A stretch of 64,000 nt of DNA, taken from NCBI GenBank assembly GCA_963836205.1, contig CAWIIV010000022.1, positions 1 through 64,000 on the forward strand, read 5' to 3'. The DNA is from an uncultured Acidimicrobiia bacterium. Lineage in GTDB: Bacteria > Actinomycetota > Acidimicrobiia > Acidimicrobiales > AC-14. The notes under the pieces were generated by a model that saw only the letters and a program-made list of their open reading frames with translations, was not told where the DNA came from and did not search any database. This document shows, piece by piece, positions 1-8,640 of this stretch; position 1 is the first letter of the stretch; each line of letters starts with the position of its first letter. A program made the translations under genes and the position numbers.

Positions 1-3
1 ACG

Positions 4-1669
4 GTGACGGCGGCCGTGATGTTCGGTTTGCACGACGGTCATCCTGGCCATCCGGCTCCAGTAGGAGCTCCCTCGCAGCCCCCCCGTCGCCTTCGCGTCG
101 TCGCCCTGGTGGCGGCGATGGTCCTCGTGGTGGCCGGCTGTTCCAAGGGCGACCCGTCCGACCCGGACGGCGTCGGCGGCTCGGGCGGCGCCGTCTCCCC
201 CGGAATCCTGCGGGTTGGCATCGAGCGGCCGCAGTCCCTCGACCCGGCCCAGGCCCGCTCGCCCTCCGAGTTGTTGGTGGCCGAGCAGCTCTTCGACTCG
301 CTCACCGGCTACGACGCGGCCACCTCGGTCGTGGTGCCGGCCATCGCTGCCAGCTGGACGTCGAGCCCCGACCAGGCCAACTGGCAGTTCACCCTCCGGC
401 CCGGCGCCACGTTCGCCAACGGGCGTGCCGTAAAAGCGGCCGACGTGAAGTACACGCTGGAGCGGATCGCCCGCAAGGGCAGCTCGTCGCCGGCGGCAGC
501 CCTGCTCGACGTCGTCGCCGGCTTCCGGGCGTTCAACCTGGAGGGGAAGTCGGAGGAGCTGGCGGGCGTCACCACCCCCGCGGCCAACGTGGCCTCGATC
601 GCCCTCGACCAGGGCCAGGCCTCGCTGCCCGCCATCCTCGGCCACCCCGCCTTCGGCATCGTCCCCCGGGAGGCGGTGGAGGCGGCGGCCCCCAGCTTCG
701 CCGAGGCGCCGGTGGGCAGCGGGCCGTTCCTGATCAAGAGCCGCACCGACGACGTCGTCCGCCTGGTGCCGGCGCCGGGGGTGGACGCCGCCCTCCGGGG
801 CGTCGACCTGGAGGTGCTGCCCGACGCCACCGCTGTCCTACGACGCCTTCCTCGACGGCCGCCTGGACTGGACGGCGGTGCCTCCCGACCGGGTCGAGCA
901 GGTGGCCGAGCGCCACGGGCGGAGCGAGTTCCGGCCCTACCTGGGCCAGCTGTTCTACGGGTTCAACCTGAAGAACCCCAAGTTCGCCGACGTTCGCTTC
1001 CGGGAGGCGATCGTGCGGGCCGTCGACCGCGACGCCATCGTGCGGGCCATCTACGGTGCCGCCGCCCAACGGCTCGACGGATTGGTGCCCGACGGCGTGC
1101 CCGGGTTCCAGCCCGACGCGTGCGGCGAGCGGTGCCTGTACGACCCCGAACGGGCCAGGGCGCTCTTGGGCGAGGTCTTCGGCGGCCAGCCCGCGCCCGA
1201 GGTGGCCCTCGACTTCGACGACACCGGCACCCAACGGGCGGTCGCCGAGGCCATGCAGGCCAACCTCCAGGCCGTCGGCATCCCGGCCACGCTTCGTTCG
1301 CATCCGTTTGCGGATTACCTGAAGTTCGCCGTCAGCGGGGCGCAGGAGATCTTCCGGCTCGGCTGGATCGGCGCCTATCCGACCGCGGACGGGTACCTCA
1401 CCCCGCTTTTCCACAGCGGCCTGCCCGACAACATCACCGGGTTTACGTCCACTCCGGTCGACGACCTACTCGACGCGGGCCGGGGCGAGGGCGACGAGAC
1501 CAGGCGCACCGCCAGCTACCAGCAGGCGGAGAAGCTGGTGCTGGAGCAACTCCCGGTCATCCCCCTGGCCCAGTACGCCTTCCACTCGCTGGTGAGCGCC
1601 CGGGTGGCGGGCCTGGTGATGTCAGGACTGGGGACGTTCGACGCCACGAAGGTGCAGGTGGGCGGGTAG
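4..1669 (+). CDS. ABC transporter substrate-binding lipoprotein, family 5 (OppA/DppA-like); frameshift near 835
   Basis: Lipobox VVAGC, SLDPA, FTLRPGATFANGR, PVGSGPF in ORF 4..; C-terminal half (FNLKNPKFADVRFREAI, EQLPVIPL) continues in frame of ORF 878..1669. Start uncertain. Confidence 0.85.
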
Positions 1670-1682
1670 GATCGGTTCCCAC

Positions 1683-1770
1683 GTCGGAGTGGCGGAATAG
1701 GCAGACGCGCCAGGTTGAGGGCCTGGTGCCCGCATAGGGCGTAGGGGTTCAAGTCCCCTCTCCGACACCA
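1683..1770 (+). tRNA. tRNA-Leu (anticodon GAG)
   Basis: Acceptor stem GTCGGAG/CTCCGAC, D-loop GGAATAGG, anticodon arm CCAGG-TTGAGGG-CCTGG, long variable arm, GGTTCAAGTCC T-loop, encoded 3' ACCA. Confidence 0.97.
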
Positions 1771-1937
1771 AGAAGGGCAGGTCAGACGGGGTGCGGCGGG
1801 TGCTCCGGAGGGCAGTTTGTCCGCGATTGTCGCCTGCTTCGCCCATTGTTGCCGCGTCCAACATCCGCCGCATGCCGCGAGTGGCTGGGAGGCCCTCCGC
1901 CTCGCGGACCCGATGCCGTGGGATTCTCTAGCGCTAG

Positions 1938-3086
1938 CTATTCCGCATCGCCGATCAGGATGTCGCGGATCTCATGCGCGACCCACCGGTTCGACCGGCC
2001 CGGTATCCGTGGGAGCGGACTCAGAATCGACTCAGCCTGGAGGGAGCGGAGCAGGTTGGTGGCCCCCTGAGGGCTGATGTTGAGGCGGCGTGCCGTCTGG
2101 GACGTCGTCACGAACGGGTTTTCCAGCACAGAGTCGAGGATCTCATGGGCTCGACTGCGCTGGCCTCTTAGCCGCTCCCGGTAGGTCTCACGAAGGTCGA
2201 TGAGGCGCTCGGCTCGCGACAACGCATCGGTCGCTTGCATGACCACCGCGGCCAGGAAGAACGTGAGCCATCCATCGATGTCACCGCGCTCTCGAACGGC
2301 CTGGAGGCGGTCGTAGTACTCGCCCTTGTGGTGCTCGAAATACGAGCTGAGGTATAGCAGCGGAGCCGGGAGCAGCCCTTCACTGACGAGGTAGAAGATG
2401 ATCAGCAAGCGACCGAGGCGGCCATTCCCGTCGAGGAAGGGATGGAGCGTCTCGAACTGGTAGTGGAGCAGCGCACATCGGATGAGCGGCGGCATCGTCA
2501 GCTCGGCGTGGATGAACTGCTCCCAGTCGCTTAGACCGATGACCATCTCATCGGCCGGCGGCGGGACGAAGATCGCTGTCGTCGGTCTGTTGTCGGGCGA
2601 GCCGATCCAGTTCGGTGAGGATCGAATCCGCCCTGGCTGCATCGCCTGACCTCGAACACCCTCGAGGAGGACGGAGTGGATCTCCTCGATGAGCCGCTTG
2701 GATATGGGCAGCGAGGTGAGGCGTCGAAGGCCGACGTCCATGGCTCGGATGTAGTTGACGACCTCCTTGATGTCACCACGGAGGTCGCCCCTCGATTCGG
2801 CGTCGAAGACCTCCGACAGCGTGGCCTGCGTACCTTCGATGCGCGAACTGGAGACGGCTTCGCGGCGGATGTAGGCGTTCACGAGCAGATGCGGGTTGGG
2901 CAGAAGTCGACCTGCGCCCGCGAGTCGCCCGAGAGCACGGTCGGCATCCGAGAGGTGTGCGACCGTGGCTTGTCCCAACTGGAGGCAACGGGGCAGCGGC
3001 TTCGGGAGAAACGTGTAGAAGCCGTGCGGTCCGGGTGTCTTGACGACCTCGCCGAAGTCCGTGGTGCGAAAGGATGCTGGCTCCAC
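1938..3086 (-). CDS. Fic family protein with N-terminal inhibitory helix and C-terminal HTH
   Basis: Canonical HPFLDGNGRLGR motif; SSRIEG (S/T)xxxE(G/N) motif; C-terminal HTH-like segment. Confidence 0.93.
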   Translation of the reverse strand: MEPASFRTTDFGEVVKTPGPHGFYTFLPKPLPRCLQLGQATVAHLSDADRALGRLAGAGRLLPNPHLLVNAYIRREAVSSSRIEGTQATLSEVFDAESRGDLRGDIKEVVNYIRAMDVGLRRLTSLPISKRLIEEIHSVLLEGVRGQAMQPGRIRSSPNWIGSPDNRPTTAIFVPPPADEMVIGLSDWEQFIHAELTMPPLIRCALLHYQFETLHPFLDGNGRLGRLLIIFYLVSEGLLPAPLLYLSSYFEHHKGEYYDRLQAVRERGDIDGWLTFFLAAVVMQATDALSRAERLIDLRETYRERLRGQRSRAHEILDSVLENPFVTTSQTARRLNISPQGATNLLRSLQAESILSPLPRIPGRSNRWVAHEIRDILIGDAE

Positions 3087-3119
3087 AACCCGGGAAGCTA
3101 CAACAAAGAGGCCTATTTA

Positions 3120-3176
3120 GTTGGGACTCCTACCGAAACCCCAACCAACGTTGGGGCTTCGCGGGAAGCCCCAACG
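3120..3176. promoter_or_regulatory. Paired inverted repeats upstream of fic (candidate autoregulatory operators)
   Basis: Perfect 12-bp IR CGTTGGGGCTTC-N4-GAAGCCCCAACG at 3149-3176 and a related GTTGGG...CCCAAC at 3120-3145. Confidence 0.5.
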
Positions 3177-3308
3177 AGAAACGCCACGGCGTTGGGTCTC
3201 GGCCGAAAGCAGGAAACGTTTCTTGGTGCTCACGTGGCGCGAACGAAGCGACCAGGGCCGCCGCCGGTGCCGCTGGGTCCCGACGAGCGGAGAATCGGAG
3301 CTCCAGAG

Positions 3309-3650
3309 TCAGTTCTGAGGCATGCCGAAGATCGATCTTGCGACCCGCTCGGCGGCGTCGCGCTGCATCGGCGGGGTGACGAGGGCGTGGATCTCTCGGC
3401 TCACGTGGGGCAGACGCACGGCGCGCCAACTCCGGAGCCTGGTGGCGGTCACCGCGTCGAGACGCACGACGTGGGGCCCGCTTGGTCTTCGTCTGGCTTG
3501 ATGCGGAGTTGGTGATCGATGGTCGTCACCTTGCGACAGCGCGGCGCTCGCCGCTCCAGGTCGAGGTCCTTCCCGTCCACGCCGAGGCACTCACCCCGGC
3601 GACAGCCTGTCGCGGCGAGGAACATCCAGGGCGCCAGTTTGCGGCTCGTC
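3309..3650 (-). pseudogene. Probable tyrosine integrase relic
   Basis: Fragment ending EIHALVTPPMQRDAAERVARSIFG resembles the YxHV-P-MQ-xAA C-terminus of actinobacterial integrases; points toward the tRNA 3' end; no intact ORF. Confidence 0.45.
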
Positions 3651-3740
3651 GCGACGAAGTCGAGCTAGCGGCGCGGCGGGGTTGCCTGGGTGGCGTCGGG
3701 GGTACTCAGACCCCGATCGACGCCCCGAAAAGGAGTCCCA

Positions 3741-3917
3741 ATGACCGACATCATCCCCGACGACGACCCCACGCACGATCCCACCAGGACCAGAGGCGAG
3801 GACTATGCGGAGCCGGCCACGGAGACCCAGGGTCCGACCGACCGGCCGGTGGGGCAGGTCGAGGGCGACCCCATGGAGCCCAATGACTCGGGTTCGGGGA
3901 CGTCAGACGTCGACTAG
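3741..3917 (+). CDS. Small acidic hydrophilic protein (58 aa)
   Basis: AGGAG RBS before ATG 3741; host-like codon use; D/E/T/P/G-rich. Confidence 0.65.
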   Translation: MTDIIPDDDPTHDPTRTRGEDYAEPATETQGPTDRPVGQVEGDPMEPNDSGSGTSDVD

Positions 3918-3955
3918 AGGCAGCCTGGGCAGGTGACGGCTCACACCGCCGGGGG

Positions 3956-4591
3956 GTGAGCCGTCGGACTACCGTACGGACGTCTGCTCGCGATCGCCGA
4001 GCCCGTCGATGGCCCGGCGCCGCCGCCAAGAGCGCTAACCATGAACCTTGGGAGGCTCTTCCCCCCGGCCGAGTGACGGGCGGTCCGAAGTCCCGTTCGG
4101 TCGACCTCAGGCGGCAGCGGCGGCCCCGGCAGCACGGATGTTGGGACCATCTCGTCGCCGCGCCCCTTTGGGTCGCGTACGACGCCAACCTCGGCACCCT
4201 GCTGCGCACGTGCGACGCGGTCGGCGCCTGCATGGCGGTCCCCGACACGCCCCACTACCGCCAGGCCCTCCAGCGGGGCGACACCTTGCCCCGCCGGCCG
4301 CACGTCCATTGGCTCGATTGCTCCAAGGTGGGGTGGATCACGCGTGAGCGCGAGCGGGGCAGCGTGATCCTGGCCGTGGAGCTGGCCGATGACGCCACGC
4401 CCCTCGCCCGGCTCGCACCGGCCGGGGCCCGAACGATCGTCCTTCTCGGCCACGAGCACAACGGGGTGCCGGACGAGGTGTGGTCCCTTCTCGACGACGT
4501 GGTCCAGATCCCGATGGTCGGCCGCGGCGCCAGCCTCAACGTGGCCGTTGCCGGTTCCCTGGTGCTCTACCGGTTGGCGGGACTCGCCTGA
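3956..4591 (+). CDS. TrmH/SpoU family RNA methyltransferase
   Basis: NLGTLLRTCDAVG, LLGHEHNGV, IPMVGRGASLNVAVA SPOUT motifs. Confidence 0.9.
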   Translation: MSRRTTVRTSARDRRARRWPGAAAKSANHEPWEALPPGRVTGGPKSRSVDLRRQRRPRQHGCWDHLVAAPLWVAYDANLGTLLRTCDAVGACMAVPDTPHYRQALQRGDTLPRRPHVHWLDCSKVGWITRERERGSVILAVELADDATPLARLAPAGARTIVLLGHEHNGVPDEVWSLLDDVVQIPMVGRGASLNVAVAGSLVLYRLAGLA

Positions 4592-4699
4592 CCACCGTTG
4601 GGCGCTCCGCCGTTACCTCGGGGTGTGTCCCGGCTGCCGGCGATCGGGCCACGGACCCGAGGAGAACGCCTGTTCGCACGGCTGGGTAGACTGGCCGGG

Positions 4700-5326
4700 A
4701 TGGCCGCGGCCTGGCAGCGCTCCCTCTTCGAGACCGCCGACGACCTCGGGCTGCGGCCGCTCGACGCAATCCGCCGTACCCGGTTGGCCCACGGGGCGTG
4801 GGTCGACTTCCTCCCCGGATGGCTCACGGGCGCCGACCGGCTCTACGACCGGCTGGCGGCGGTGGTGCCGTGGCGGGCCGAGGAGCGGCCCATGTACGAC
4901 CGGGTGGTGGCGGTGCCCCGACTCCTCGCCTTCTACGACGCCGACGATCCCCTGCCCGACCCGATCCTCGACCAGGCCCGAGTCGCGCTCGACGACCACT
5001 ACGCCGAAGAGCTCGGGGAGCCGTTCCGGACGGCCGGGCTCTGTTACTACCGCGACGGCCGCGACAGCGTCGCCTGGCACGGCGACACCATCGGCCGGGG
5101 GAGCACGGAGGACACCATGGTGGCCATCGTGTCGGTCGGTGCCCCCCGGGAGCTGCTCCTCCGGCCCAAGGGCGGTGGCGAGACCATTCGCCATGCCCTG
5201 GGCCACGGCGACCTACTGGTCATGGGTGGCTCCTGTCAGCGAACATGGGAGCATGCCGTCCCCAAGCGGTCCCGCCCGGTCGGACCCCGCATCAGCATCC
5301 AGTTCCGCCCCCGTGGCGTCCGCTGA
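4700..5326 (+). CDS. AlkB-like 2OG-Fe(II) oxygenase
   Basis: YRDGRDSVAWHGD, WEHAVPK, RISIQFR motifs. Confidence 0.9.
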   Translation: MAAAWQRSLFETADDLGLRPLDAIRRTRLAHGAWVDFLPGWLTGADRLYDRLAAVVPWRAEERPMYDRVVAVPRLLAFYDADDPLPDPILDQARVALDDHYAEELGEPFRTAGLCYYRDGRDSVAWHGDTIGRGSTEDTMVAIVSVGAPRELLLRPKGGGETIRHALGHGDLLVMGGSCQRTWEHAVPKRSRPVGPRISIQFRPRGVR

Positions 5327-5393
5327 CCCGCTCAAGGTCGGGCGGCCGGATGCCGATGTTGAAGGGGTCCGACGCCTGCAAAGAGGGAAACCA

Positions 5394-6290
5394 ATGGCTG
5401 CCACGTCAGCGGCGAAGAAGTCGAGTCCCGCACACCTGCCGATCGAGGACTACGACCGCCTGTCCATCAAGCAGATCCTGCCTCTCCTCAAGGCCCTGAG
5501 CAGTCGGGATCTCAAGGCGGTGACGGCGCACGAGAAGGCCGGCAAGAACCGGGTCACGCTCCTGCGCGGCATCCGCAAGGTCGAGCTCGACCGGGAGGCG
5601 GCGGCCTCGAAGCGCCCGGCCAAGGCCCGCCTCGCCGTCGTCGAGGGTCCCGTCTCGGTGGCGCCTGTCTCTGAGCCCGCGGCCGCAGTCACCCAGGCCA
5701 CCTACGTCGACGAGATCGACGACATCGACCGGATCGACGAGCTCGACCCTATCGACGAGATCGACCGGATCGAGTTCGGCCGGATCGACCGGGCCGACCG
5801 TGCCGAACGGATCGCCGACCTCGACGACGTCTCCGATGTCGCCGACTTCGACGAGGTCTCCGAGGTCGACGAAGTCTCCGATGTCGCCCCCGCGGCGGCC
5901 AAGGTCATCCCCGCCAAGAAGCGCCGCTCCCGGCCGGCCGTCAAGGCCGCCACCTGGGAGGAGGAGCTCCGCCCGCAGCTGCCGAAGCGGTACCAGTCGT
6001 CGGCCTTCGACGACCTCGACCCGCCCGTGATCGCCGTGGAAGAGTCGTCGCCGGCACTGATCCCCACCCCCGCGGCCTCGTCCATCGCGGCGAAGACGGC
6101 CAAGGTACCTTCCCACCGGCCCCGGATGACCAAGCGGTTCGAGAGCGCGGCGCTGGTGATGGCCGCCATCCTGGCCGTGCTCCTCGGACTCGCCATCGGC
6201 ACCGTCCTGGCCCGCAGCGGGTCGTCGGGCGCCAGCCCGGCACCGACGAGCGTGGCCATCGAGGCTGCGTCCGTCCCCGCCGGCGGCTGA
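5394..6290 (+). CDS. Hypothetical membrane-anchored protein with acidic low-complexity repeat
   Basis: GAGGG RBS; N-terminal helical motif LPIEDYDRLS...HEKAGKNRVTLL; D/E-x-I/V repeats; one C-terminal TM helix. Confidence 0.75.
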   Translation: MAATSAAKKSSPAHLPIEDYDRLSIKQILPLLKALSSRDLKAVTAHEKAGKNRVTLLRGIRKVELDREAAASKRPAKARLAVVEGPVSVAPVSEPAAAVTQATYVDEIDDIDRIDELDPIDEIDRIEFGRIDRADRAERIADLDDVSDVADFDEVSEVDEVSDVAPAAAKVIPAKKRRSRPAVKAATWEEELRPQLPKRYQSSAFDDLDPPVIAVEESSPALIPTPAASSIAAKTAKVPSHRPRMTKRFESAALVMAAILAVLLGLAIGTVLARSGSSGASPAPTSVAIEAASVPAGG

Positions 6291-6370
6291 CCGTCCCCCC
6301 GCCGGCCCCGCCGGCCCACCGGCGCGCTGACCGTCCCCCCGCCGGCCCCGCCCGGCGCGCTGACCTTCCC
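6286..6370. repeat. Direct repeat spanning a stop codon
   Basis: GCTGACCGTCCCCCCGCCGGCCCCGCC identical at 6286 and 6326, partial copy at 6359. Confidence 0.8.
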
Positions 6371-6417
6371 GACGCCGGTTCCCCCCGGCCGCCCGCCTCG
6401 GGCCCCCACGGGCGTGG

Positions 6418-6783
6418 TTGACTTCACCCGTGCCCGAGCGCTACGACCAGAATCAGAACGTCCACTTCGAGTTGCGGGTGCCGCCCGAGTTGGAGGGCGG
6501 CGTCTACGCCAACTTCCTGGGCGTCTGGCACACCGCCCACGAGTTCACCCTCGACTTCAGCGCCACCATGCCGGCGGAGCCCACCGAGGCGCCTGAAGGG
6601 GGGACGGTGATGCATGTCCCCTGCCGGGTGACGTCCCGGATCAAGGTCCCGCCGACGCTCGTCTTCGACATCATCCGCGCCCTCAACGACAACCTCACCG
6701 GGTACGAGGAGAAGTTCGGCGCCATCCGCCGTCCGGGCGGCGATGAGCCCCTCTTCGTCCCCGACGACTCGCCCGAGGCCTGA
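6418..6783 (+). CDS. DUF3467-like protein
   Basis: GVYANFLGVWHTAHEFTLDF and SRIKVPP motifs. Confidence 0.8.
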   Translation: MTSPVPERYDQNQNVHFELRVPPELEGGVYANFLGVWHTAHEFTLDFSATMPAEPTEAPEGGTVMHVPCRVTSRIKVPPTLVFDIIRALNDNLTGYEEKFGAIRRPGGDEPLFVPDDSPEA

Positions 6784-6891
6784 ACGCCCCCTGCTGCCGA
6801 TTCGTCGGCGATGGTTGACAGCCCGCCGGGAATCGCCGAATACTGCGTAGGAGACGGCTGGGGACCTTTCGGCGAGTGGGAAGGAAACCAA

Positions 6892-8640
6892 ATGAAGAGC
6901 GGGTTGAGGCCTTTGGCGGTGTCCTTCCTCCTCCTGGCGGCCGCGTGTACGAGTTCGGACACGCCCTCCACGTCGCCGCCCCCGACGTCGCCGGGTTCGA
7001 CGTCGGCCACCACCGGCCCGCCCCCGCCCTACACCGGCGGTCCGTGTCCCTACGACGCCATCGATCCGGCCAAGCCCGGCGTGGGTCTGCAGGACTTCCA
7101 GAATCCCCCGGACGAGCGGTTCACCGACGGGTCGAAGACCCTGACCGTGCGGTACTCGGACGAGAACACCATGCTCGGCGGCTGCGTGGTGACGCTCCGG
7201 TCGTACAACGGGAAGCTGGTCGGCCCCACTATCCGGGCCAAGCCGGGCGAGACCATCGACTTCCACCTCAAGAACGACCTGCCGCCAAACAACACCGAGC
7301 ACGACGTCCACCAGGAAGAGGCGGCCGCCCACCTGGTGATGACCCCGAACGCCTACAACACGACCAACGTCCACACCCACGGCCTGCACGTGTCGCCCAA
7401 CGGCAACAGCGACAACGTCCTGCTCGCGCTCGAGCCTGGCATCGATTTCCACTACGAGATCAAGCTGCCCCCCGACCACGCCCCGGGGACGTTCTGGTAC
7501 CACGCCCACGCCCACGGCTCCACGGCCATCCAGGTGGGCAGCGGCATGGCCGGCGCCCTCATCGTGGAGGACGACGAATCGAAGCTCCCCCCGCCGCTGC
7601 TGGAGGCGACCAAGCGGGAGAAGATCATGGTCTTCGAGTCGATCCTCTACGACACGAACGGGAAGATCGACAACATCGCCGCCTTCTTCCCCGACAGCCC
7701 GACCACCGCCGGCTTCTGCGCCCAGGGCCTCGACACGTGCACCTGGCAGAACTCGAAGCGGCGCACCACCGTCAACGGCCAGATCGTGCCCCGCATCCAC
7801 ATGCAGCCGGGCGAGGTGCAGCGCTGGCGGATGATCGACGCCACCTTCCGGGAGTCGCTGAACATCAGGCTGTCCGGCCACCCCCTCCACGAGATCGCCC
7901 TCGACGGGCTGTACACCGGCCAGGTCGACACGTGGGGCGAGGACCAGAGCGTCGCCCTCGAGTCGGGCTATCGGAGCGACGTGCTCGTACAGGCCAGCTC
8001 GACGCCGGGGACCTACCTGCTGACCGACGAGGGGACGTCGGCCGGGATCGCAGTGCGGGCCGTGGCGGAGGACGCCGTCACGCTGGCCGAGGTGGTCGTC
8101 GCGGGCGACCCTCTCCAGATGACCCTGCCGACCGATGCCCAGATGGAGCCGCTGGGCTATCGAGTCGACGTCGACCTGCGCAACACCGCAGTGGGCGTGC
8201 AAGAGGTGTCGTTCAAGATCGGGAGCGACCTGGCCGCCGAGAAGAACTACTTCCAGGTCAACGGCGAGTCGTTCGACGAGGAGAACATCCGCTACGTGCC
8301 GCTGAACGGCATCCAGACGTGGAAGCTCACCACGGTGGGCGACCCCCCGGGCGTACCCAGGGCAGGTGGTGGGATTCCGCCGGTGCCTCACGTCTTCCAC
8401 ATCCATGTCAACCCGTTCCAGTGGGCGCGGGACGACCCGGATGGAAACGAGGAGCTGGTGTGGAAGGACACGTTGCTCGTGCCCCCGGCCGCGGCTGACC
8501 TCTTCGTCTACACCGAATACCAGGACTTCACCGGGACGTTCGTCATGCACTGTCACATCCTCGACCACGAGGACCTGGGGATGATGGAGGTGGTCGAGGT
8601 CGTCGACCGGCTCCCGATCGACATGGAGCAGCCCGACTAG
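6892..8640 (+). CDS. Multicopper oxidase, lipoprotein
   Basis: Four Cu motifs HTHG, WYHAHAH, HVFHIH, HCHILDHEDLGMM; lipobox LAAAC; AAGGA RBS. Confidence 0.93.
   Translation: MKSGLRPLAVSFLLLAAACTSSDTPSTSPPPTSPGSTSATTGPPPPYTGGPCPYDAIDPAKPGVGLQDFQNPPDERFTDGSKTLTVRYSDENTMLGGCVVTLRSYNGKLVGPTIRAKPGETIDFHLKNDLPPNNTEHDVHQEEAAAHLVMTPNAYNTTNVHTHGLHVSPNGNSDNVLLALEPGIDFHYEIKLPPDHAPGTFWYHAHAHGSTAIQVGSGMAGALIVEDDESKLPPPLLEATKREKIMVFESILYDTNGKIDNIAAFFPDSPTTAGFCAQGLDTCTWQNSKRRTTVNGQIVPRIHMQPGEVQRWRMIDATFRESLNIRLSGHPLHEIALDGLYTGQVDTWGEDQSVALESGYRSDVLVQASSTPGTYLLTDEGTSAGIAVRAVAEDAVTLAEVVVAGDPLQMTLPTDAQMEPLGYRVDVDLRNTAVGVQEVSFKIGSDLAAEKNYFQVNGESFDEENIRYVPLNGIQTWKLTTVGDPPGVPRAGGGIPPVPHVFHIHVNPFQWARDDPDGNEELVWKDTLLVPPAAADLFVYTEYQDFTGTFVMHCHILDHEDLGMMEVVEVVDRLPIDMEQPD

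Noticed and set aside
1771-3740. Intact prophage or ICE at tRNA-Leu
   Set aside because: No full integrase, no structural or conjugation genes, and no attR duplicate seen.
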